DNA of 64,000 nucleotides from an uncultured Nitrospiraceae bacterium (GTDB lineage Bacteria > Nitrospirota > Nitrospiria > Nitrospirales > Nitrospiraceae), in the NCBI GenBank assembly GCA_963730935.1, contig CAVSTP010000002.1, positions 416,001-480,000 on the forward strand. Direction: 5' to 3'. Each line of letters starts with the position of its first letter. Position 1 is the stretch's first letter. A program made the position numbers and the translations under genes. This document shows positions 32,410 to 41,119 of this stretch, piece by piece. A model generated the notes under the pieces. It was not told the DNA's origin and made no database searches. It was given only the letters and a program-made list of their open reading frames with translations.

Positions 32410-34089
32410 TCACTTGGCGGGATCGCTAATGAACGGCCGGTTGGCATACAACCGGTCGGTCAGCACCTGTTGCCCAATGGTCAGCATATTGTTGGTCAGC
32501 CAATACAGCACGAGACCGGCAGGAAAATTAATGAAGAGAAACGTCATGAACACCGGCAATACCAACATCACTTTCGCTTGTGTCGGGTCCATGGTGGTCG
32601 GGGTGATCTTCTGCTGAATCACCATCGTCGCTCCCATGATGATTGGGAGCACATAGTAGGGATCCTGGACCGACAGATCGGTTATCCAGCCGAAAAAGGG
32701 AGCCTGCCGAAGGTCAATGGTCATATAGAGAATGTTGAACAGCGCCACGAACACCGGCATTTGCAGGACCATTGGTAAGCAGCCGCCCACCGGGTTCACC
32801 TTATGGTCACGATACAGCTTAATGAGCTCCTTGTTCAATTTGTCGCGGTCGTCTTTGTACTTCTCCTGCACCGCCAGCACCCTGGGCTGGATCATTTGCA
32901 TCTGCTTCATGGATTTATAGCTCTTGAACTGCAGGGGCACGAAGAGCAGCTTGATGCCCATCGTCAAGAGGATGATCGTGACGCCATAGTTATGCGTGTA
33001 CTCATTGATAAAGCGCAGCACATAGAAGATCGGCTTGGCGACGGCTTTGACGACGCTCCAGCTGCCGAAAATGAACCATCCAAAATCGATGGTTTCCTCA
33101 AGGCCCACGTTCAACGAGCGCAGCGTGTCGTATTCCTTCGGGCCCGCGTACAGTTGCAACGTCGTCGTCACTCCGCCAGCAGGAGGCGGCATTCGCACTC
33201 CGGCGGACACCAGTTTTTCGCCTTTTTCGCCTTCCTTTTTGGCCAATGCCGCGCTGGCACCCTGGGGCATTAATACCGAAAGGAAATACTTGTCCTGAAG
33301 GGCCACCCATTGGACCGCCCCTCTGCGCTCCAGTTCGTTATCCGGCGTTTCCTTTTCGACTTTTCCGTCCACGAGAGAGGCTGAACCGATCAAGCCGATA
33401 AACCCCTCGCCCCACTCTACGATCCCGAAGTTGGTGCCCAGGACTACGTCGTACGCGCCCGTCAGGCCCTCGACGGTAAGACCCACGTCTACCAGGTAGC
33501 TTCCTTGGTGAAAGGTCAGGTGCTTAAGCACCGTGAGTCCGGAAGCCGTATCCTGGAATCGCAGGGTCGCGTGACCGACGGGATGGGCGCTATCGAGACT
33601 CGTAAAATCCGTTTCAATCGCATAGAGGCCCTCTCGAAGCACTTTGTCAGCGGCCGCGTCGGATGTGCTGACCGAAAGGGGCCCCTTAAACTTTGCACCC
33701 TGATGGACGAGTTGAACGGGCTTTTCATCCGGAGGGGCGGTGTGATGACGCTTGAGTTCCCAACTGGAAATCACGCCGCCACGGGCATCCAACCCCACCC
33801 GAACCAGATCCGTCTCGATCATGACGGTTCGCTCGTGAGGTTGGGCGTGATCCGAAGAGGAAGGCTGGCGGGACGCCTCCTCGGGCTTTACCGAGGAGAC
33901 GGGACGGTCTCCTGCGCGAACGGCTGGAGAAACATCGGACCCGCCGGTCGTCGCACGGGTCGTCTCGGCGGGCGGCTCTTGCACTGTTTCGGGGGGCGGC
34001 AGGAGTCCCAACTGCTTCAAGAGCAAGTCATAGCCGAGGATCACTGCCAGGGACAGGACGAGAAAAATAACGACGCGCTTTTCCATCAC
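32410..34089 (-). CDS. yidC: Membrane protein insertase YidC
   Basis: [27 protein letters not shown]. Confidence 0.97.
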   Translation of the reverse strand: MMEKRVVIFLVLSLAVILGYDLLLKQLGLLPPPETVQEPPAETTRATTGGSDVSPAVRAGDRPVSSVKPEEASRQPSSSDHAQPHERTVMIETDLVRVGLDARGGVISSWELKRHHTAPPDEKPVQLVHQGAKFKGPLSVSTSDAAADKVLREGLYAIETDFTSLDSAHPVGHATLRFQDTASGLTVLKHLTFHQGSYLVDVGLTVEGLTGAYDVVLGTNFGIVEWGEGFIGLIGSASLVDGKVEKETPDNELERRGAVQWVALQDKYFLSVLMPQGASAALAKKEGEKGEKLVSAGVRMPPPAGGVTTTLQLYAGPKEYDTLRSLNVGLEETIDFGWFIFGSWSVVKAVAKPIFYVLRFINEYTHNYGVTIILLTMGIKLLFVPLQFKSYKSMKQMQMIQPRVLAVQEKYKDDRDKLNKELIKLYRDHKVNPVGGCLPMVLQMPVFVALFNILYMTIDLRQAPFFGWITDLSVQDPYYVLPIIMGATMVIQQKITPTTMDPTQAKVMLVLPVFMTFLFINFPAGLVLYWLTNNMLTIGQQVLTDRLYANRPFISDPAK

Positions 34090-34328
34090 AGATTCTTGGC
34101 CCCCTGCCTCCGCGTCTCACCGATTAAGGGATCGTATCCTCCCCGATGAAACGGATGACATCTTAGTAAACGCCAGATTGTCAGACCGCCCCCCTTGACG
34201 ACGCCGAAGCGGTCGATCGCCTGGCACGCGTACTCAGAGCATGTCGGCTCGAACCGACAGGCCGGCCCAAGCCAAGGAGAGATCAAGAACCGATAGGCCG
34301 TAATGAGTGCCACGCAGATCATTCTCAT
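34086..34328 (-). CDS. yidD: Membrane protein insertion efficiency factor
   Basis: [22 protein letters not shown]. Confidence 0.95.
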   Translation of the reverse strand: MRMICVALITAYRFLISPWLGPACRFEPTCSEYACQAIDRFGVVKGGGLTIWRLLRCHPFHRGGYDPLIGETRRQGAKNL

Positions 34329-34705
34329 CACGATTTCTCCGGGGTATTGAGGACTCCTTGACGCCGCAGAGTCGATCGCCACAGGTGTTTCAGTTTTTCG
34401 AACGGAAGGGTGAGGGCTTCCCGCTTCGGAAACACGAGCAGCGCGTGGTCAGCAGCCAACTCACCCCGGACCTGCCGCGACAACTCGCGGAAGAGACGTT
34501 TCGCACGATTCCGGCGGACAGCAATGCCAAACCGTTTGCCGACGACAATGCCCACTCGACTCGTCTGTGCCTCAGTCTTGCAAATCAATAAATTAAAGCA
34601 GTCGGTCGACAACCGACGGCCATGCTGCTTCACATGTTCGATGTCGCGGCTCGCCCGCAGAAAGAAGGACCGATCACCTACGCCTAGCGACATCGTCCGG
34701 CTCAT
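34328..34705 (-). CDS. rnpA: Ribonuclease P protein component
   Basis: [25 protein letters not shown]. Confidence 0.92.
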   Translation of the reverse strand: MSRTMSLGVGDRSFFLRASRDIEHVKQHGRRLSTDCFNLLICKTEAQTSRVGIVVGKRFGIAVRRNRAKRLFRELSRQVRGELAADHALLVFPKREALTLPFEKLKHLWRSTLRRQGVLNTPEKS

Positions 34706-34835
34706 TAACGGCCGCGCCGAACCCGTCCGCCCGACTCCTGCGTTCCGGGTGGGGACGGACCGCTCCGTGGTGCTCTTGGAAAACGTCCCTGCTTGAGGAA
34801 GACAAGGGGGGCGGAAGCCCGTGCAGCGCGAGTAT

Positions 34836-34973
34836 TTAGACCGTCAAACGCGCGCGGCCCTTGGCTCGACGGCGGGCCAAGACTTTGCGGCCGTTTTTTG
34901 TGCTCATGCGTTTGCGGAAACCGTGTTCTCGCTTCTTTTTGAGGTTCGACGGCTGTTGAAACGTAAACGACAT
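34836..34973 (-). CDS. rpmH: 50S ribosomal protein L34
   Basis: [45 protein letters not shown]. Confidence 0.96.
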   Translation of the reverse strand: MSFTFQQPSNLKKKREHGFRKRMSTKNGRKVLARRRAKGRARLTV

Positions 34974-35013
34974 ACTGGTCACCCTTTCGAGCAGAATCTC
35001 AAATGAACGTCGC

Positions 35014-35042
35014 ATTATAGGGGCGCGTCCGCGACCTGTCAA
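35014..35042 (-). promoter_or_regulatory. Sigma-70 promoter of the rpmH operon
   Basis: Perfect TTGACA-17-TATAAT on the minus strand. Confidence 0.85.
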
Positions 35043-35264
35043 ACCAAACGGCGCGTGCACATGACTGCCAACCGATCCCGGCTCCTCGTTAATGAACTGA
35101 TCCACAAACTCTCTGATCTGTCGTTCAGTATTGAGGCGGTTTTGTGGACCTTTTCCGCAAAATGGACTAGACTGCCTCAGACTTTGATACCCGTAAATGT
35201 GTGGGCATCGACATAACCCATTACGGAATCAACAGTTCTGAACCGGGTGCTCCGAAGCCCCCTC

Positions 35265-35280
35265 TGGCACTGCCTTTGCG
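35265..35280 (+). promoter_or_regulatory. Sigma-54 promoter of the lipoprotein/LDT operon
   Basis: TGGCAC-TGCCT-TTGCG, 90 bp upstream of the first gene. Confidence 0.75.
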
Positions 35281-35370
35281 ACATCATAACCGGTTCGGCC
35301 TCACCTGCGCTCATTGGACCCACAGCGCTATGCGGATTGAACCGTCCAGCAACTTCAGGAGGAGCATGAA

Positions 35371-35985
35371 ATGAAGATCCGCTATGTTCTGGTGTCGATC
35401 CTCGGGATGTCCCTTTTGATGGGCGGATGTGCCCAACCTCCGGCCGATCAAATCAATGCCGCCGAACAGGCGGTCAAAGATGCTCAGCAAAACGGCGCGG
35501 CCACCTACGTGGCCAACGACTATGCCAAGGTGGAAGGACTGTTGGCAGCGATGAAGACGGAAGTCGCGGAGCAGGACAGAAAATTTGCTTTGTTTCGTGA
35601 TTACGGCAAGGCCGAACAGCTGGCCGCGACGACGAAGGCCGAGGCCGAACGTATCAAGGCGGACGCCGCCAAGAAAATGGAGGAAGCGAAGTTTGCTGCA
35701 GCACAAGCGTACCAGGCCGCACAAGCCACCGTCGCGTCGACCCTCGAGCTCGTGGCGAAGGCTCCGGCTGGGAAGGATCGCGCCGCGCTTGAATCAATCA
35801 AGACGGACGCGCAAGCGCTCAAGGCATCACTAAACGACGTGCAAGTGCTGCTCGACAAGGCGGATTACCTTGCAGCACAGACCAAAGCCAAAGCCATCCA
35901 GGACAAAGGGGAAGCCGTTTCACACGAAATCCAAACTGCCCTGGCCAAGATCGGCAAGGGTAAAACAATGGCAAAAAAGAAATAG
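35371..35985 (+). CDS. Ala/Lys-rich helical lipoprotein (DUF4398-like repeats)
   Basis: Lipobox-like LMGGC; two helical repeats each ending DY..A..(L/K)A; C-terminus KGKTMAKKK; RBS AGGAGGAG. Confidence 0.85.
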   Translation: MKIRYVLVSILGMSLLMGGCAQPPADQINAAEQAVKDAQQNGAATYVANDYAKVEGLLAAMKTEVAEQDRKFALFRDYGKAEQLAATTKAEAERIKADAAKKMEEAKFAAAQAYQAAQATVASTLELVAKAPAGKDRAALESIKTDAQALKASLNDVQVLLDKADYLAAQTKAKAIQDKGEAVSHEIQTALAKIGKGKTMAKKK

Positions 35986-35999
35986 CTTCGGCTCTTCGT

Positions 36000-37148
36000 A
36001 TGTTTCACAGGATCCCATACGTCGCTGCGTCTTTGTGGTGCGCCGGAGCCTTGACGCTCAGCGGCTCCCTCGCCGCATGCGTCGAGACCGTGCCCCCAGA
36101 AATGGTCGAAGCCATTGAATCGCTCGACCAGGATCTGCTGCAGTTGCGGGCTGGCGAAGTGGCTCCAAGCGAATATTCCGCCTTTGTTCACCAATGGCTC
36201 ACGCTTCGCAACCGGGTGGAAGCCGAAGAAGACACCATTCGTTGGCCGTGGGAGGCGAATGACCTCGAACAGGCGCTTCGTGATCTGCAGGCCGAGGGCG
36301 CCAAAACCGTTGCGCGTCTCACCGAACAGCAGGAAGCGGACCGCCGCGCAGCCGCTCGACAGTTGACGGACGTTGAGGAGCGGGCACGGGCGATCGCGAC
36401 ACAAGTCAGTGCCATAGACAGCCGGCTCATCCTAGCGGAAAAACCGGTGGAAACCGACTTGCTGCTGAAGCAAGCTCGTGCGTTTTACGAACAGGGACGC
36501 TACGAGCAATCTTTACAGGCCTCTGACCGTGCGTCCCACCACCTGACCGCACAATCGGCGTTGCTTCAGCGGGAGTTGGGGCGGTATGCAAGCCCTGATC
36601 GGATTGCTCAGTGGCAGCGGATGGCGCGTGAAACCATTGAGTGGTCGAAGAAGCATCGGACGTCGGCGATCGTCATTAGCAAAGCGGAGCGGTCTTTGAC
36701 CCTCTACCGCAGCGGACAGAAGCTGTTATCGTATCCCGTCCGGCTCGGCTTTAACGGTATCAAGGAAAAGCGTTACCAAGGCGACGGCGCCACGCCGGAA
36801 GGGCGCTATCGCATCGCCGGCAAGCGAGGACGCGGGCAGACACAATTCTATCGGGCCCTGCTGCTGGATTATCCGAACCAGGAAGATCAGCGGCGGTTTC
36901 TGAACGATCGCAAAAAAGGCAAGATTCCCGCCTTCCGTGACATCGGAGGTCAAATCGAAATTCACGGAGTGGACAACGAGTTGATGGCGCAAACGTTGGG
37001 ATGCGTCATGCTTGAGAATCCGCAAATGGCGGCGCTCTTTGAACGAGTCGACAATGGCACCCCGGTGACGATCGTCGGGGCGCTGCTGGAACACAATTCG
37101 GTGGAGCGCGCGCTGGTCAATCTGTCTACGCGCCGGAACGAAGTGTGA
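36000..37148 (+). CDS. YkuD-family protein (YafK/DpaA-like), lipoprotein with a helical N-domain
   Basis: LAAC lipobox; KRYQGDGATPEGRY, LDYPN, GGQIEIHG, TLGCV. Confidence 0.88.
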   Translation: MFHRIPYVAASLWCAGALTLSGSLAACVETVPPEMVEAIESLDQDLLQLRAGEVAPSEYSAFVHQWLTLRNRVEAEEDTIRWPWEANDLEQALRDLQAEGAKTVARLTEQQEADRRAAARQLTDVEERARAIATQVSAIDSRLILAEKPVETDLLLKQARAFYEQGRYEQSLQASDRASHHLTAQSALLQRELGRYASPDRIAQWQRMARETIEWSKKHRTSAIVISKAERSLTLYRSGQKLLSYPVRLGFNGIKEKRYQGDGATPEGRYRIAGKRGRGQTQFYRALLLDYPNQEDQRRFLNDRKKGKIPAFRDIGGQIEIHGVDNELMAQTLGCVMLENPQMAALFERVDNGTPVTIVGALLEHNSVERALVNLSTRRNEV

Positions 37149-37789
37149 GCGGGCGGATGCAACGCATCATTGTTACTGTATGCTCCTGCGCAATCGGCCT
37201 TGTGTTGCTCCTGCTGGCCAGCAGCTTGCCCTCGACTTCGACGGATACCTTCCTCGTACAAGCGGTCGAGCAGGACCAGGCAACGCTTCATGCCCTGCAA
37301 GCTCGCTATCGGTCGCTCTCCAAACAGCTCAGTCAGCTGATGCCGGGTCAGCCGTACATCGTTGTCGATACCGCGAGAAACCATCTGTACCTCAAACGGC
37401 GGGATCAGGTCATGCTTGATGCGCTGGCGTCGACGGGAAGCGGCACGATCCTCGACAAGCCGGGCGAGGCCAGAGGCCAGTGGATCTTCGACACGCCGCG
37501 GGGCGAATTCACCGTGCAGTCCAAGCTGATCAATCCGGTCTGGGTCAAGCCGGATTGGGCCTTCATTGAGGAAGGGATGGCAATTCCTAAGAGTGCCGCC
37601 GATCGCATCGAATCGGGGGTGCTGGGAGAGTATGCGCTTGGATTCGGTAAAGGCTACTTTATCCATGGCACTCTCTACACGAGATTGCTGGGTAAGAATG
37701 TCACCCATGGCTGCATTCGGCTGAATGATGACGACCTGAAAAGTGTCTATCAACTGGCGAGGGTCGGAACGCCCATCATGATCTTCTGA
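37145..37789 (+). CDS. L,D-transpeptidase (ErfK/YbiS-like), membrane anchored
   Basis: TPRGEF, NPVW, GVLGEYAL, IHGT...THGCIRL. Confidence 0.92.
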   Translation: MSGRMQRIIVTVCSCAIGLVLLLLASSLPSTSTDTFLVQAVEQDQATLHALQARYRSLSKQLSQLMPGQPYIVVDTARNHLYLKRRDQVMLDALASTGSGTILDKPGEARGQWIFDTPRGEFTVQSKLINPVWVKPDWAFIEEGMAIPKSAADRIESGVLGEYALGFGKGYFIHGTLYTRLLGKNVTHGCIRLNDDDLKSVYQLARVGTPIMIF

Positions 37790-37792
37790 CGG

Positions 37793-38461
37793 ATGCTGAG
37801 ACGCTCCGCCAGCCTCGCCCGGCTTCTCGTTCTCCTGGTTTCTCCGTTCATCTTCATTCCGCCCGCCTGGGCAGCCGAAACTGAGAACGTTCTCGCAGTA
37901 GACATCACCGATCCTGACGCCCTCCAAGAAGCGACCAGGATTCTTGCGGAAGAAGTCAAGCTCGCCGCACGCCCTCAAACATACATCATCGTGGATCTCG
38001 TCGACCGCGCGCTGGTGATCAAGGGCCGAGGTGCGGAGCTGCATCGGCTTCCCATTCAGCAGTGGTCCGGTCTCCGGCTTGCCGAGGCTTCAACGGCGTT
38101 TCGTGTACAGGCACGGCCGCCGGTCACGCGACGTAAAATCGCGCCGGCCGCGGGGGCAGAACAACCGCCGGTTTCCCTCGATGACATGCCGACCGACTTC
38201 ACGCTGACGTTTGCTCCCTCTTTTTCCTTGGCAGTTCATCCGTCCGTCTCAGACGACTTTTGGCGCTGGCTGCGCTTCACTGCTCGCGAATGGTGGGTCT
38301 GGGTCAGGGATTGGACACGTCGACTTGCCACAGGGAAAGAATTGCCAACGCATCCCGTGCTTCATTTAACCCTCACGCCTCATCACGCCAAATCGCTCGC
38401 ATGGACCGTCACTGAAGGGATGCCCGTTCTCGTTCGGCGGACTTCCTCTCCGCCGAAGTAG
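37793..38461 (+). CDS. Exported degenerate YkuD-like protein with no cysteine
   Basis: YIIVDLVDRAL...LHRLPI and LAWTVTEGMPVLV echo YkuD termini; no Cys in the protein. Confidence 0.65.
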   Translation: MLRRSASLARLLVLLVSPFIFIPPAWAAETENVLAVDITDPDALQEATRILAEEVKLAARPQTYIIVDLVDRALVIKGRGAELHRLPIQQWSGLRLAEASTAFRVQARPPVTRRKIAPAAGAEQPPVSLDDMPTDFTLTFAPSFSLAVHPSVSDDFWRWLRFTAREWWVWVRDWTRRLATGKELPTHPVLHLTLTPHHAKSLAWTVTEGMPVLVRRTSSPPK

Positions 38462-38589
38462 CATGGTTTGCGTTTTATCAGACCGCTACCTAATATATAG
38501 TGAGGCGAACGTTCGGCCTGAGTATCCGCCGGCCCCCCGCTGTCTTCACGAACCGTTATCGACCATCACACGAACAAGAGGTTCATCCG

Positions 38590-39366
38590 ATGTCGGCCGG
38601 CCCCGAAGTGCATGTCCTGAACGATATCGCGCAGTGGACCACACAGGCCGCCGCCTTGACACTGGGCCTGCAACAGCAGGCGGTCCACGAGCGAGGCCGA
38701 TTCCTTGTCGCATTGTCCGGGGGCCGGACTCCCGAGCAGGTGTACCGCCGATTGGCTTCCCAATCCTCCCCCGCGCCGCAGGAGTGGTCGAGCACGCACT
38801 TCTTCTTCAGCGATGAGCGTTGCGTGCCTCCTGACCATCCGGACAGCAATTACCATCTCGCTGAAGCGGCGCTCTTTCGTCCGCTCAACATCTCTGAGGA
38901 TCGTATCCACCGCATGAGAGGAGAGCATCCGAATCCGGATGTTGCTGCAAGGGAGTATGAGGGCGTGCTTCGTGCGGTGACCAATGCCGACCCAGGGGGG
39001 TGGCCGCGGCTTGATCTCGTGATGCTGGGGATCGGAAACGACGGCCACACGGCCTCCCTGTTTCCGGGAACGGATGCCCTTGGGGAACGTCGACGGTGGG
39101 TGACGGTGGGACATGCGCCTTCCGGCCCGGCCAAGCGACTAACGCTGACCCTAGGTGTGATCAATCAAGCGACTGTGGTACTGTTCCTGGCCAACGGCGA
39201 CGGTAAAGCCGATATTGTCAAAGCCATTCTTGAATCGCGGCAGGATGCCGACCGTCAGTTGCCTGCCGCCCTTGTCCGACCGGACCGAGGCCGGTTGATC
39301 TGGCTGCTGGATCGTCCCGCTGCTGCCAGGTTGACCGGACACCACACACACAAGAGACCCGCATGA
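38590..39366 (+). CDS. pgl: 6-phosphogluconolactonase
   Basis: ALSGGRTP, DERCVPPDHPDSNY, LGIGNDGHTASLFP. Confidence 0.95.
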   Translation: MSAGPEVHVLNDIAQWTTQAAALTLGLQQQAVHERGRFLVALSGGRTPEQVYRRLASQSSPAPQEWSSTHFFFSDERCVPPDHPDSNYHLAEAALFRPLNISEDRIHRMRGEHPNPDVAAREYEGVLRAVTNADPGGWPRLDLVMLGIGNDGHTASLFPGTDALGERRRWVTVGHAPSGPAKRLTLTLGVINQATVVLFLANGDGKADIVKAILESRQDADRQLPAALVRPDRGRLIWLLDRPAAARLTGHHTHKRPA

Positions 39367-40424
39367 TCCTCGCTGGAGATATCGGTGGCACAAAGACGCA
39401 TCTCGCCCTCTATGACTGGACAGGGGAACGCATCGATCCGCTACGGCTTGAAACGTTTCACAGTGCCGATTATGCATCGCTCGATGAGATGCTCACCGAA
39501 TTTCTTGCCCCTCCGAAAGCTCCTCTCACGATCGACCAGCTTGAACAGACCAACGTAGAAAAACCCTCATCAGTTCCCACGACACCGGACGTACCTCCCC
39601 GCCTGGAAGCCGCCTGCTTCGGCGTGGCCGGCCCCGTCTTCCAAAACCACTCCCGGACGACGAATCTCCCCTGGGTGGTGGACGGACCGGCACTGTCCAA
39701 GCAATTCGATATCCAGCATGTCCAGTTGCTCAATGATCTGGAAGCCATGGCTTACGGGATTCTCCTGCTGCGCCCTGACGAATTGGTGACACTGAACGCG
39801 GGGACGCGGCCGTCACACAAGCAGGCCATTGTGCTGATTGCCGCAGGCACCGGCCTCGGTGAGTCGATTCTCTTCTGGGATGGCAGCCGGTACCGGCCCA
39901 TGCCGACGGAAGGCGGCCATACGGATTTTGCACCGAACAGCGATCAGGAAATCGACCTGCTTCGCTATATCCGAAGTCAGTACTTGCATGTCAGCTACGA
40001 ACGGGTGCTCTCCGGGCCAGGCCTGTTAGCCATTTACGAATATCTTCGTGATGCGAAGAAGAATGAACCGACCTGGCTGGCGGAAAAAATCAAGGCCGGC
40101 GATCCGTCCGCGGAAATCGCGGAGGCGGGGCTTAAGGGCCAGGCGGAAATCGCGAAACAGGCGCTGGATCTGTTTGCCTCTATCTATGGAGCAGAAGCCG
40201 GGAATCTGGCGTTGAAGGCCATGGCGATCAACGGCGTCTACCTCGGTGGAGGCATCGCGCCAAAGCTGCTGCCCAAGCTGAAGGACGGTACGTTCATGAA
40301 AGCCTTCACCAACAAAGGTCGCTACAAACGATTGATGACCCAGATTCCCGTTCACGTCGTCATGAACCAACATACCGGCCTCCTTGGCGCAGCTACGATG
40401 GCGGCACGCCTCGCGCAACCATGA
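39363..40424 (+). CDS. glk: Glucokinase
   Basis: GDIGGTKT, TNLPW, LNDLEA, GTGLG, EGGH. Confidence 0.95.
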   Translation: MILAGDIGGTKTHLALYDWTGERIDPLRLETFHSADYASLDEMLTEFLAPPKAPLTIDQLEQTNVEKPSSVPTTPDVPPRLEAACFGVAGPVFQNHSRTTNLPWVVDGPALSKQFDIQHVQLLNDLEAMAYGILLLRPDELVTLNAGTRPSHKQAIVLIAAGTGLGESILFWDGSRYRPMPTEGGHTDFAPNSDQEIDLLRYIRSQYLHVSYERVLSGPGLLAIYEYLRDAKKNEPTWLAEKIKAGDPSAEIAEAGLKGQAEIAKQALDLFASIYGAEAGNLALKAMAINGVYLGGGIAPKLLPKLKDGTFMKAFTNKGRYKRLMTQIPVHVVMNQHTGLLGAATMAARLAQP

Positions 40425-41119
40425 GCGGCTCAGATCTCGAGAGCTTCAAGAAGGCAGCAGCGCTCGCAGCAGTCGATTATGTGAAGGATGGGATGGTCGT
40501 CGGCTTGGGCACAGGTTCCACGGCCAAGCACCTGGTCATGGCGTTGGGCGAGAAGGTCAAGGCCGGGCTGAAGATACAGGGGGTGTCCACTTCTCAGGAA
40601 ACAGCGTCTCTCGCCGCACGCTACGGGATCACCTTGATTGAACACGAGCCTCGCTGGAAGCTTGATGTCGCCTTCGACGGCGCCGATCAGGTGGATCCCT
40701 CGTTCAACCTCATCAAGGGCGGTGGCGGTGCCCTCTTGAAAGAAAAGATCGTAGCCGCTTCGGCCAGGCAATTCGTGGTAATGGTCGATCACACGAAGCG
40801 TGTGTCGGTGCTCGGAGGCGCCTTTCCGCTGCCGATTGAAGTCGTGCCGTTCGGTTGGGGCAACACCGCAAGGCAGATCGAGGTGCTCACCCAAAGTCGG
40901 GTCGTGCTCCGCGAGCGCAGCGGCGCGCCGTTCCGCACGGAATCGGGCAACCTCATCGTTGATGTGCATCTCGCAACCATTGACCGGCCGCAAGATTTGG
41001 AGGTCGCCCTCAATTACATTCCCGGCGTCGTCGAGACCGGTTTGTTCGTGGATCGTACCGACGTCTTGATCGTGGGAACGCCGCATGGAACCGAGACCCA
41101 CAACGTCAAACGGACATGA
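40421..41119 (+). CDS. rpiA: Ribose-5-phosphate isomerase A
   Basis: GLGTGST, DGADQV, KGGGGALLKEK. Confidence 0.96.
   Translation: MSGSDLESFKKAAALAAVDYVKDGMVVGLGTGSTAKHLVMALGEKVKAGLKIQGVSTSQETASLAARYGITLIEHEPRWKLDVAFDGADQVDPSFNLIKGGGGALLKEKIVAASARQFVVMVDHTKRVSVLGGAFPLPIEVVPFGWGNTARQIEVLTQSRVVLRERSGAPFRTESGNLIVDVHLATIDRPQDLEVALNYIPGVVETGLFVDRTDVLIVGTPHGTETHNVKRT

Noticed and set aside
34706..34835. GC-rich hairpin between rpmH and rnpA
   Set aside because: Imperfect stem without a U-tract; probably an ordinary mRNA stability or attenuation element
35915..36012. parS-like half sites (CGTTTCACACGAAAT; TGTTTCACAGG)
   Set aside because: Too many mismatches, and both lie within coding sequence
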